Sequence record: SRR31156797_3992
DNA length: 45,621 bases
Reading direction: 5' to 3' (one strand)
Part shown: positions 37,072 to 45,621 of the stretch, piece by piece
Position numbering within the stretch: the first letter of the stretch is position 1
Layout: the number at the start of each line of letters is the position of its first letter
Position numbers and translations under genes: made by a program
The notes under the pieces: generated by a model
The model's database searches: none
What the model saw: only the letters and a program-made list of their open reading frames with translations
Told to the model about the DNA's origin: nothing

Positions 37072-37615
37072 ATTCTTTCTTTAATAGGTTGAGATGTTAA
37101 AATACGTAAATAAAACTTAAAAAGATGCGCAGGTGTATCTAAAATGACTAAAAATTGAATAATGAATATAATTAGTCGAAATGAGAATGGAAGGTATGAT
37201 GTTATAAATGATACAGAAAAGAATTATAATCTTAACAAGTCTATCTGCCATATATTATAAGATGATACTTTCGGGAACTTTTTGTAAAGTCAAAAGTGCT
37301 ACAGCCCTCGAAAGGACAGGTCTTCTTCTGAAAGATCGCCTCTCGAATGAAAGATTGACTTAACCTTTGATAAGAAAATCAAATAACTTGATAGATTAAA
37401 CTGCAGCGCTTAAAGATTAGTATAAAAAGCTGAAAGATTACGATGCTGAATTGCAAGAACTGGCGGAGTCGAAGGAAGCACATTAACACCTGTAAAAGCT
37501 TTGGCTTAACACCAGGTATAGAAAGCAAATTTTAACGTGTTTGTCTATGTTATTCAGTTTTCAATGAAGGATAGCTTAATATTTTTTATGACCTTTGTGA
37601 AAATTTAATCAGGAT

Positions 37616-38410
37616 ATGAAAGAGAGGAAGCAAAGGCCAATTCAATCAAATATTAACAAAAGAAATCTACAGAAACAACCTTCGGAGGGAGTGAATGAAG
37701 AAATCAGGCTAAATAAGTTTATTGCAAATGCTGGTGTATGCAGCAGACGTGAGGCGGATAAACTTATAGCAGAAGGACTGATTAAAGTCAATGGCCATAT
37801 TGAAACTGCGGTCGGAACAAAAGTTAAAAAAACGGATGAGGTTGAATATAATGGTCAATCATTAAATCCTGAAAAATTAGTATATCTATTACTAAACAAA
37901 CCCAAAAATTGTGTGACTACCCTTAAAGATCCTCATGCAAAGTATACCGTTATTGATATTGTTAAAAATGCATGTGAGGAGCGTATCTTTCCTGTAGGGA
38001 GATTGGATAAAATGACGACAGGTGTGTTGCTTTTAACTAATGATGGCGATTTGGCAAAAAAACTGACACATCCCAGTCATGAGCATCGGAAAATTTATCA
38101 TGCTTTTCTGGATAAGCCTATTTCACAGGAAGATTTGGATAAGATAGATAAAGGTTTTGAGTTGGAGGATGGTTTTATTAAATCTGATAAAATTAGTTTG
38201 GTTAAAGAAAATCCCAGAGAGGTAGGGATTGAGATTCATTCTGGAAAAAACAGAATTGTCAGACGAATTTTTAAGCATTTGGGGTATGAAGTGGTGAAAC
38301 TGGATCGCGTATATTTTTCCGGACTCACAAAAAAGGATGTGCCAAGAGGAAAATGGCGTTTTTTAACAAACAAGGAAGTTACTTTTCTAAAAGCTGGAAT
38401 AATGAAGTAA
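37616..38410 (+). CDS. RsuA/RluB/RluF-family rRNA pseudouridine synthase
   Basis: S4 domain RLNKFIANAGVCSRREAD; LNKP, catalytic GRLD, LLLTNDG and GKNRIVRR motifs. Confidence 0.93.
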   Translation: MKERKQRPIQSNINKRNLQKQPSEGVNEEIRLNKFIANAGVCSRREADKLIAEGLIKVNGHIETAVGTKVKKTDEVEYNGQSLNPEKLVYLLLNKPKNCVTTLKDPHAKYTVIDIVKNACEERIFPVGRLDKMTTGVLLLTNDGDLAKKLTHPSHEHRKIYHAFLDKPISQEDLDKIDKGFELEDGFIKSDKISLVKENPREVGIEIHSGKNRIVRRIFKHLGYEVVKLDRVYFSGLTKKDVPRGKWRFLTNKEVTFLKAGIMK

Positions 38411-38511
38411 GGTTCGTGTTATTGAAATGTTAAACAGGTAGTATTAAGTAAGATTTCTAAAGAATAATTTTACATCTTTACGTTTTATAAAAAAAATTCA
38501 AATCAAAAGCT

Positions 38512-39906
38512 ATGACCTTAATTAAATCCATTTCAGGAATCAGAGGTACAATTGGAGGTAAGCCAGGTGAAGGCTTAAGTCCTTTAGATGTGGTAAAATT
38601 TACAGCTGCCTATGCGGTTTGGGCAAAAAAAGCAGCAGCTAAGAATAAAATAAAAGTTGTGGTTGGTAGAGATGCGCGCATTTCCGGACCAATGGTAGAT
38701 AAATTAGTGGTTGGAACATTGATGGGTTCCGGTGTTGATGTTATTAATCTGGGATTATCAACAACACCTACTACAGAATTGGCAGTAGCCATGGAAGGTG
38801 CAGATGGTGGTATAATTTTAACGGCTAGTCATAATCCTAAGCAGTGGAATGCTTTAAAACTTTTAAACAGTAAAGGTGAATTTTTAAGCGGTGCTGATGG
38901 ACAGGAAATCCTAAGTATTGCGGAAAAAGATGATTTTTTATTTGCAGAGGTTGATGACTTAGGGGTAGTGACCGAAGATGAAAGTTATTTAGATAAACAT
39001 GTTAAGCATGTTTGTGAGCTTGAGTTAGTAGATGTAGATATAATAAAGTCTGCTAATTTAACAGTAGCTGTGGATTGTGTTAATTCAGTGGGTGGTACAT
39101 ATTTACCGCCGTTGTTAAAGGCACTGGGTGTAAAAGAAGTAATCGAATTGTATTGCGAACCTAATGGTCAGTTTCCTCATAATCCGGAACCATTACCTGA
39201 GAATCTGACTGAAATTTCGGCTTTAATTAAAGAAAAGAAAGCAGATGTTGGTTTTGTTGTTGATCCGGATGTAGATAGACTAGCCATTGTGAATGAGGAT
39301 GGAACTATGTTTGGTGAGGAATATACCTTGGTTGCTGTTTCCGATTTTGTTTTAAAAAATCAAAAAGGAAATACCGTTTCAAATTTGTCATCAACGAGGG
39401 CTTTGCGCGATGTTACGGAGCTGAATGGTGGTAGTTATTCTGCAGCTGCAGTAGGTGAGGTAAATGTGGTGAGCAAAATGAAGGAGACAGATGCTGTAAT
39501 TGGTGGAGAAGGAAATGGAGGAGTTATCTATCCGGCTTCGCATTATGGTAGAGATGCATTAGTTGGAATCGGCTTATTTTTAACGCATTTGGCTAAGTCG
39601 GGTAAAACATGTTCAGCTTTAAGAGCGACATACCCTGAATATTTTATATCAAAAAATAAAATTGAATTAACACCAGAACTGGATGTGGATAAAATTTTAT
39701 TGGATATGAAAGAAAAATATAGTCACGAAAACGTGAATGATATTGATGGAGTAAAAATTGATTTTCCAGATAGGTGGGTTCATTTACGTAAATCAAATAC
39801 AGAACCGATAATTCGCATTTATTCAGAAGCTCCTACTGCACAAGAAGCTGACGAACTAGCACAGAAAATTATTGTAGATATTAAAAATATAGCAGGACTC
39901 AATTGA
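38512..39906 (+). CDS. glmM: Phosphoglucosamine mutase / phosphohexomutase
   Basis: ISGIRG, TASHNP (phospho-Ser), DPDVDR, GEGNGG and R.SNTEP motifs. Confidence 0.85.
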   Translation: MTLIKSISGIRGTIGGKPGEGLSPLDVVKFTAAYAVWAKKAAAKNKIKVVVGRDARISGPMVDKLVVGTLMGSGVDVINLGLSTTPTTELAVAMEGADGGIILTASHNPKQWNALKLLNSKGEFLSGADGQEILSIAEKDDFLFAEVDDLGVVTEDESYLDKHVKHVCELELVDVDIIKSANLTVAVDCVNSVGGTYLPPLLKALGVKEVIELYCEPNGQFPHNPEPLPENLTEISALIKEKKADVGFVVDPDVDRLAIVNEDGTMFGEEYTLVAVSDFVLKNQKGNTVSNLSSTRALRDVTELNGGSYSAAAVGEVNVVSKMKETDAVIGGEGNGGVIYPASHYGRDALVGIGLFLTHLAKSGKTCSALRATYPEYFISKNKIELTPELDVDKILLDMKEKYSHENVNDIDGVKIDFPDRWVHLRKSNTEPIIRIYSEAPTAQEADELAQKIIVDIKNIAGLN

Positions 39907-39927
39907 TTCATGCCTTAATCGAAATGC

Positions 39928-39970
39928 AATGAGCTCCTTATTCTGTGTTAGATTAAGGAGTTTATTTTTT
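39928..39970 (+). terminator. Rho-independent terminator after glmM
   Basis: AATGAGCTCCTTA ... TAAGGAGTTTATT stem followed by TTTT. Confidence 0.7.
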
Positions 39971-40056
39971 CTTTAGTTGAACACAATAATAAGGCATAAT
40001 TATTGTTATAAAATTATACTTTATTAACCCAAAACAATCTAAAATCTATCGCTAAA

Positions 40057-41406
40057 ATGTTGCGTAATAAAACAGTAAGATGGTTAGGTGTAATCATTGC
40101 AGTATTAATAGTAGGAATTATATTAAATTACTTCTTCTCGTCGTCTTCCGTTTCCGAGATGTCTGTGACAACTAAAGTGCAGAAAGGAAGTTTTCAATCT
40201 CTGGTTTATAGTACTGGTCAGTTACAGGCTGAAAATTCAGTATCTATTAATGTGCCGATGGAGTTATCTGCGAGAAATATTAGTATTTACGAAATTCAGG
40301 TAACTAAATTAATTGAAGAAGGAACCGTGGTTGATTCTGGTGATTATGTGGCTTCACTCGACCACAGTGCAGTGGAAGAAAAACTGGCAGAAGCGGCGAC
40401 TCAGTTAAGCGAAAGGTTAGAGGCCTATGAAGATGCCAGAATTGATACCAATATCAACTTAAGTAACCTAAGAGATAACTTAGTTACTGCCAGAATTGAT
40501 TTGGAAGAAAAAGAATTGGTGCTAAAACAATCGGTTTATGAATCACCAGCTGTTATCCGTCAGGCCAAATTGGATGTAGAAAAAGCACAACGAAAGTTGG
40601 ATCAGGATGAGCGTAATTATGATTTAAAGAAACAGCAAGATAAAATAAAGGTGAACCGCGAGCAGGTTTCGGTGCAAAGAGTAAGAGAAAGAATTGACCA
40701 AATTGAAGAGTTGTTTGAGGCTATTGATATAAAAGCACCGGCTCCGGGAATGTTGATTTATGGTTTCGATCGTACCGGAAACAAAATCAAGGTAGGAAGT
40801 ACAGTTAGTCGCTGGGAACCTAAGATTGCTGAACTTCCGGATTTAACATCAATGATTTCAAAAACCTTTATTAATGAGGTAGATATTAGTAAAATTCAGA
40901 AAGGTCAAAAAGTAAAAGTAGGCGTTGATGCTTTTCCTGAAAAGGAATTTGATGGAGAAGTAATTGAGGTAGCCAATATTGGTCAGGTTGTACCAGGTGG
41001 CGATTCAAAGGTTTTTGAGGTCTCCATTCGTGTATTTGGTTCGGATGAGGACTTAAGGCCGGCAATGACAACGGCGAATGTGATTACTACAAATATATTG
41101 GAGGATGTGTTGTATATCCCCTTGGAAGCCGTATTCCAAAACGATTCATTGGCGTATGTGTATACCGCAAAAGATCCTGAAAAACGACAAATTGTTGAGT
41201 TGGGAGCGGAAAATGAAAACTATGTTGTAGTTAATCAGGGTGTTGATAGTGGTGAAGTGTTGTATTTGCATACACCACCTGTTGAAGAAATAGAAGAGGT
41301 AGAATATTTAGGCCTTGAGATTTACGATTCAATCGTAAAGAAGCGAGAAGAGGTTAAGCCAGAAGGTACTACAGGTAATGTACCGGTAACTCAAAACGGT
41401 TTGTAG
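40057..41406 (+). CDS. Efflux periplasmic adaptor (MacA/HlyD-like membrane fusion protein) 1
   Basis: N-terminal TM anchor; lipoyl halves (EGTVVDSGD; IKAPAPG); long coiled coil; E.DI.KI..GQ, DAFP and LRPAMT motifs. Confidence 0.9.
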   Translation: MLRNKTVRWLGVIIAVLIVGIILNYFFSSSSVSEMSVTTKVQKGSFQSLVYSTGQLQAENSVSINVPMELSARNISIYEIQVTKLIEEGTVVDSGDYVASLDHSAVEEKLAEAATQLSERLEAYEDARIDTNINLSNLRDNLVTARIDLEEKELVLKQSVYESPAVIRQAKLDVEKAQRKLDQDERNYDLKKQQDKIKVNREQVSVQRVRERIDQIEELFEAIDIKAPAPGMLIYGFDRTGNKIKVGSTVSRWEPKIAELPDLTSMISKTFINEVDISKIQKGQKVKVGVDAFPEKEFDGEVIEVANIGQVVPGGDSKVFEVSIRVFGSDEDLRPAMTTANVITTNILEDVLYIPLEAVFQNDSLAYVYTAKDPEKRQIVELGAENENYVVVNQGVDSGEVLYLHTPPVEEIEEVEYLGLEIYDSIVKKREEVKPEGTTGNVPVTQNGL

Positions 41407-41407
41407 T

Positions 41408-42769
41408 ATGAGGGATATTAAAAGACTTTATACACGGTATATTCATAATGTTATTATTGCTATTGAAGCAATTATGGCAAATACCGTAAAATCACTTCTT
41501 ACGGCTTTGGGTATTATGTTTGGTGTGGCAGCCGTAATTAGTATGCTGGCCATCGGGAAAGGTGCTCAACAAGAAGTATTGGAACAAATTAAACTGGTTG
41601 GGGTAAATAATATAATTATAACCCCGGTAAAAGAAAACGTGGTTGAAGGAGCAGAGTCTGAGGCTGATGATGAGGCTGATGATAAAGGAAAAAGAAAATC
41701 GCGTGGACTTACATTGAATGATGCCAGATCTATTATAGAAACGATTCCTTCAGTGAGTAAAGTGAGTCCGGTTGTTTCTATGAATTATTATTCTATCAAA
41801 GATGGTAAGAGTTATCCTATCGTACTGGAAGGAGTGTCTTCTGATTATTTCGAATTACTAAATGTAGGGGTAGAACTTGGAAGTGACTTTAATCAGGCTC
41901 AGGGAGAAAAAGGACTACCTGTATGTGTGATAGGTAGTAATGTTCGTGATAAGTTTTTTAATCAGGCCAATCCGGTTGGTGAATATATAAAGGTGGGAAC
42001 TAATTGGTTACAGGTTGTTGGTGTAGCCGAAAGAAGAGATTTTACAGCCTCAGCTTCCGATGAGATGGGTATTAGTTCTTCAGATAATAAGGTGTTTATT
42101 CCAACGAAAACATTTTTAATGCGCTATAAAGATAGATCTCGTATTAATCCGGAAACCATGGAAAGAATGAGTCGAGGCAGAGGAAGAGGGCGTAATGAAG
42201 AAACTACAAGTGCTAAGCTGCAAAACCAACTTGATAAAATTGTTGTTCAGGTAAAGGAAACTGAGCAATTAAGTGTTACGGCTGAAATTATCAAACGAAT
42301 GTTGTTGCGCCGTCATTTTGATATGTACGATTTTGAAGTCACAGTTCCGGAGCTTTTACTAAAGCAGCAGCAAAAAACAAACGATATATTTAATATTGTT
42401 TTAGGGGCGATTGCAGGTATTTCCTTATTGGTAGGAGGTATTGGAATTATGAATATTATGCTTGCCTCAGTTTGGGAACGAATCAGAGAAATTGGAACCA
42501 GACAAGCTATTGGTGCTTCTCGTAAGGATATTATCGTTCAGTTTTTATCTGAATCTACTTTAATTAGTGTGGTAGGTGGAATCATTGGAATTATAGTCGG
42601 TATTTCCCTTGCCTATATTATTGAACTTTCGGCAGGTATAAAAACAATTGTATCCTTTATTTCAGTGTTTATTGCTTTTGGCGTTTCTGCAACTGTTGGA
42701 GTTGTATTTGGATATATTCCGGCCAAAAGAGCAGCCAATCAAGATCCGGTAGAATCATTAAGACATTAA
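41408..42769 (+). CDS. MacB/FtsX-family ABC transporter permease (no ATPase domain)
   Basis: SLLTALGIMFGVAAVISMLAIG, a periplasmic domain, ISLLVGGIGIMNIMLASV.ER.REIG.R.AIGA and PA.RAA..DPVESLR motifs. Confidence 0.93.
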   Translation: MRDIKRLYTRYIHNVIIAIEAIMANTVKSLLTALGIMFGVAAVISMLAIGKGAQQEVLEQIKLVGVNNIIITPVKENVVEGAESEADDEADDKGKRKSRGLTLNDARSIIETIPSVSKVSPVVSMNYYSIKDGKSYPIVLEGVSSDYFELLNVGVELGSDFNQAQGEKGLPVCVIGSNVRDKFFNQANPVGEYIKVGTNWLQVVGVAERRDFTASASDEMGISSSDNKVFIPTKTFLMRYKDRSRINPETMERMSRGRGRGRNEETTSAKLQNQLDKIVVQVKETEQLSVTAEIIKRMLLRRHFDMYDFEVTVPELLLKQQQKTNDIFNIVLGAIAGISLLVGGIGIMNIMLASVWERIREIGTRQAIGASRKDIIVQFLSESTLISVVGGIIGIIVGISLAYIIELSAGIKTIVSFISVFIAFGVSATVGVVFGYIPAKRAANQDPVESLRH

Positions 42770-42793
42770 CCAAACAAAACAGAATAAATCATT

Positions 42794-44287
42794 ATGAATA
42801 GAATTATAGTTTGTCTAATCATACTAAGCAGCTTTGTGCAGCTCCATGCGCAAAAAGATACAGTAACATTAAACTTAACCTTAGATCAAGCCATCGAAAT
42901 TGCAAAAAAGCAATCTATATTTAGCTTTAGACAAAAGAATATGTATCTGTCAAGATATTGGGATTTTAGATCATATAAGGCATCTAAGTTGCCCTCTTTA
43001 TCATTAAGCTCGGATCCTATTCAATATTCCAATGGTGTGAGGCAGTGGTTTAATGGAAGTGTAGATACATTGGTGTATAGAGAGTCTCTTACATCAAGTG
43101 TAGGAGTGGATGTTTCGCAGAATGTCACCTTGACAGGAGGAAAGATAAGTGCGGGAAGTGATTTTGTTAGAATAGAAAATTATAAAGTTAGTGAGGAAGC
43201 TTTTCCGATATCTTATAATCCTCAACCTTTTTCAATACGAATATCTCAACCTCTTAATGGGTATAATTCATTTCGTTGGGATGCAAAAATTGAACCCTTA
43301 AAATTTGAACAGGCTAAGCGGGAGTATTTGCAAAGCTTGCAAGAACTTGCGCGAAGAACAACAAATGTGTTCTTTAATTTAATTAAAGCTGAAATTAACC
43401 TTTCTATAGCAAAAACAAATTTGTCAAATGCTGATACATTGTATAGAATAGGGAAAGGTCGATTTGAGATAGGAACCGTTACTCAGGATGAATTATTGGA
43501 TTTGGAATTAGGTTCTTTAAATGCCAATATGGAATTAAATAGGACTAAGTTAAATCTTCAACAAGCAAAGTCTGAAATCAATTCGTTTTTAGGTTTTGAT
43601 GACAATGTAAATCTTGAGTGTGTTGTTCCTGCAGATATACCTACATTTAAGGTGATGGTAGACGATGCTATGGCAATGGCATTTGAGAATAACCCTCAGA
43701 TGTTAAATTTCAAAGAGCAACTTTTAAATGCAGAACGACAGATAGCTCAAGCGAGAGCTGAGAATGGGTTTAATGCGGATGTTACAGCAGATATTGGAAT
43801 TAGCAAATCAACCTATTTTTTAGAAGATGTATATAAGTCTCCTTTTGGTAATAATCAAAATTTAAGTGTTTCTTTAGGAGTACCTATCATTGATTGGGGG
43901 TTAAGAAAAGGAAAAGTGCAAATGGCACGTTCTAATCAACAGGTAACAGAAGCAACTGTTAAACAAGCAGAAATAGATTTTGAGCAGAATATTTTTATCC
44001 AGGTAATGGAATTTAATATGCAGGAAGAGCAGGTTAAAATTGCTGCAAAAGCGGATACAATTGCTCAACTTGGATATGATGTAACAAAGCAACGTTTCTT
44101 AATCGATAAAGTGGATGTAATCAAATTAAATGCAGCAAGAACTTCGCTTGAGTCTGCTAAAAGAGGTTATATACAAAGTATTCAGGATTTTTGGGTTAAC
44201 TATTACAATATTCGAGAATTAACGCTTTATGATTTTGAGAAACAGACTACTTTAATTGAAGAGTTAGATCATTTATTACAACGATAA
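42794..44287 (+). CDS. TolC-family outer-membrane channel
   Basis: Signal peptide; LTLDQAI..A, LPSLSL and RFEIG motifs; second repeat PIIDWG; located within the efflux cluster. Confidence 0.9.
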   Translation: MNRIIVCLIILSSFVQLHAQKDTVTLNLTLDQAIEIAKKQSIFSFRQKNMYLSRYWDFRSYKASKLPSLSLSSDPIQYSNGVRQWFNGSVDTLVYRESLTSSVGVDVSQNVTLTGGKISAGSDFVRIENYKVSEEAFPISYNPQPFSIRISQPLNGYNSFRWDAKIEPLKFEQAKREYLQSLQELARRTTNVFFNLIKAEINLSIAKTNLSNADTLYRIGKGRFEIGTVTQDELLDLELGSLNANMELNRTKLNLQQAKSEINSFLGFDDNVNLECVVPADIPTFKVMVDDAMAMAFENNPQMLNFKEQLLNAERQIAQARAENGFNADVTADIGISKSTYFLEDVYKSPFGNNQNLSVSLGVPIIDWGLRKGKVQMARSNQQVTEATVKQAEIDFEQNIFIQVMEFNMQEEQVKIAAKADTIAQLGYDVTKQRFLIDKVDVIKLNAARTSLESAKRGYIQSIQDFWVNYYNIRELTLYDFEKQTTLIEELDHLLQR

Positions 44288-44288
44288 T

Positions 44289-45533
44289 ATGATGCAGTTT
44301 TTAAAGAATATTCCAACTAAGTTTAAAATAATTATAGGTGTTGTAACACTTGCTATTATTGTATTTGTTTTTTTTAAGTCAGGGATAACTGGTCAAGAGG
44401 ATGTTTATAAAGTAGTCAAACAACCTTTCCAGGTTCAAGTTACTGCCGAAGGTGAGGTAATGGCACTGAAATATGAAAACATTGAAGTGCCGGGATTATT
44501 AAATCGAAGAGACCTGAGAATTTGGCATTTGAAAATTACAGATTTGGTAACAGAAGGGAAGCAGGTAAAAAAAGGTGATTTTATTGCCAAACTGGATCCT
44601 TCAGATGTAGAAGATCGTTTGAAACAAAGACTGGAGCGTATTGATGAGCGTAGCAATGAGCTGGAGGCTGCTATATTGGATAGTACCATTACCTTAGTTG
44701 AAAAAAGAGATGCCATTGTAAATAATCGGGATGATCTGGAAGAAGCTAAAATACAACTTGAACAATCAGTTTATGAATCAAAGGCAACTCAGCGTAAAGC
44801 TCAAATTAATTACGATAAGGTTCGTTTGAATTTAAACAAAGAGATTCGTAATTACGAAAAGGAAGTTCAAAGGCAGAAAAGCAGAATTGCTTGGCGAAGA
44901 AAACGGCTAGATGAGGATGTGAAAATAAAAGATATGCTGGAGGAATTAAAGGTGCAGTTAAATGTCACTTCCCCTTCAGATGGCATGGTAGTTTACGGAC
45001 GAAACTGGAGAGGTAGAAAAATAAAAGTGAATGATGAAGTTGGGCCATGGAGTCCGGTAATTGCAACTATTCCGGATTTAAGTTCATTGATCTCAGAGGC
45101 TATTGTAAAAGAAATTGATATTGCTAAAATTAAAATAGGACAAACAGTACAACTTACCATTGATGCCTTTCCCAACGAAGTATTTAACGGAAAAGTAATG
45201 AAGATTGCTAATGTTGGTCAGCCAATTAAAGGAACCGGGATGAATGGTTTTAAAGTTGTGATTGAAATGAATAAATCAGACAAAAAAGTATTGCCTGGTA
45301 TGACAACCTATAACTTAATAACAGTAGGTAGCTACCCTGAAGATATAGCAATTCCTCGCGAGGCTGTTTTTGGTAGTGATACATCAAAATATGTGTATTT
45401 AAAGAAGTTTGGAAAACCTGAAAAAAAGAAGGTTCAAACGGGAGAGGAGAATGACACGCATATTAGAATATTATCAGGTTTAGAAGAAGGAGATGAATTA
45501 CTTTTGTCAAATCCACTTGCCTCTAATAATTAA
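44289..45533 (+). CDS. Efflux periplasmic adaptor (MacA/HlyD-like) 2
   Basis: TM anchor; EGKQVKKGD; coiled coil; SPSDG, EIDIAKIKIGQ, DAFP, LPGMT and SGLEEGD motifs. Confidence 0.9.
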   Translation: MMQFLKNIPTKFKIIIGVVTLAIIVFVFFKSGITGQEDVYKVVKQPFQVQVTAEGEVMALKYENIEVPGLLNRRDLRIWHLKITDLVTEGKQVKKGDFIAKLDPSDVEDRLKQRLERIDERSNELEAAILDSTITLVEKRDAIVNNRDDLEEAKIQLEQSVYESKATQRKAQINYDKVRLNLNKEIRNYEKEVQRQKSRIAWRRKRLDEDVKIKDMLEELKVQLNVTSPSDGMVVYGRNWRGRKIKVNDEVGPWSPVIATIPDLSSLISEAIVKEIDIAKIKIGQTVQLTIDAFPNEVFNGKVMKIANVGQPIKGTGMNGFKVVIEMNKSDKKVLPGMTTYNLITVGSYPEDIAIPREAVFGSDTSKYVYLKKFGKPEKKKVQTGEENDTHIRILSGLEEGDELLLSNPLASNN

Positions 45534-45621
45534 TTTAAAATATCCAATTTAGCAACAACAATTTTTGTTAGATTCTGTTTGATTAAAGATGTTCACTAGC
45601 CTCCGGAAGTCGTAATTTTTA

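Noticed and set aside
37261-37560. Cobalamin riboswitch upstream of the TonB-dependent receptor
   Set aside because: The minus strand has a B12-box-like CAGAAGAAGACCTGTCC, but I could not find the upstream conserved GGGAA/GGTG..TCC core.
1797-45175. Many 60-112 aa alternative-frame or antisense ORFs in the ORF track
   Set aside because: They lie inside well-supported genes and have no recognisable motifs; they are shadow ORFs.
1-45621. CRISPR array, IS element, prophage or rRNA
   Set aside because: No regularly spaced repeats and no transposase, integrase or phage genes; the window is almost fully accounted for by other coding genes.

Overview
AT-rich bacterial chromosomal window, almost certainly Bacteroidota. 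Evidence: TAnnTTTG promoter elements and type IX secretion (T9SS) C-terminal domains. The anaerobic gene set suggests a Marinilabiliales/Bacteroidales-like organism (inference). Left to right: tRNA-Arg(TCT); citrate lyase operon citD-E-F-XG-C (minus strand); four-subunit 2-oxoacid:ferredoxin oxidoreductase, aminotransferase and flavodoxin; RluA-family pseudouridine synthase; ADP-forming acyl-CoA synthetase; stand-alone hydE; zwf-pgl; a MORN-repeat protein; a T9SS S8 peptidase; a five-gene operon of CotH kinase, lipoprotein, DUF2490-like barrel, VTC polyphosphate polymerase-like protein and DUF4956-like membrane protein; an AraC regulator with a 4-hydroxyproline catabolic cluster; xseA; an LRR protein; a TonB-dependent receptor; an RsuA/RluB-family synthase; glmM; and a MacAB-TolC-like cluster with two adaptors. 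No CRISPR array, integrase, transposase or rRNA was seen. The best candidate for an uncharacterised system is the CotH/VTC operon (about 20.2-26.4 kb). It has components for every envelope compartment and may couple polyphosphate synthesis/export to extracellular phosphorylation. All family assignments come from motif recognition by eye, not from database searches.
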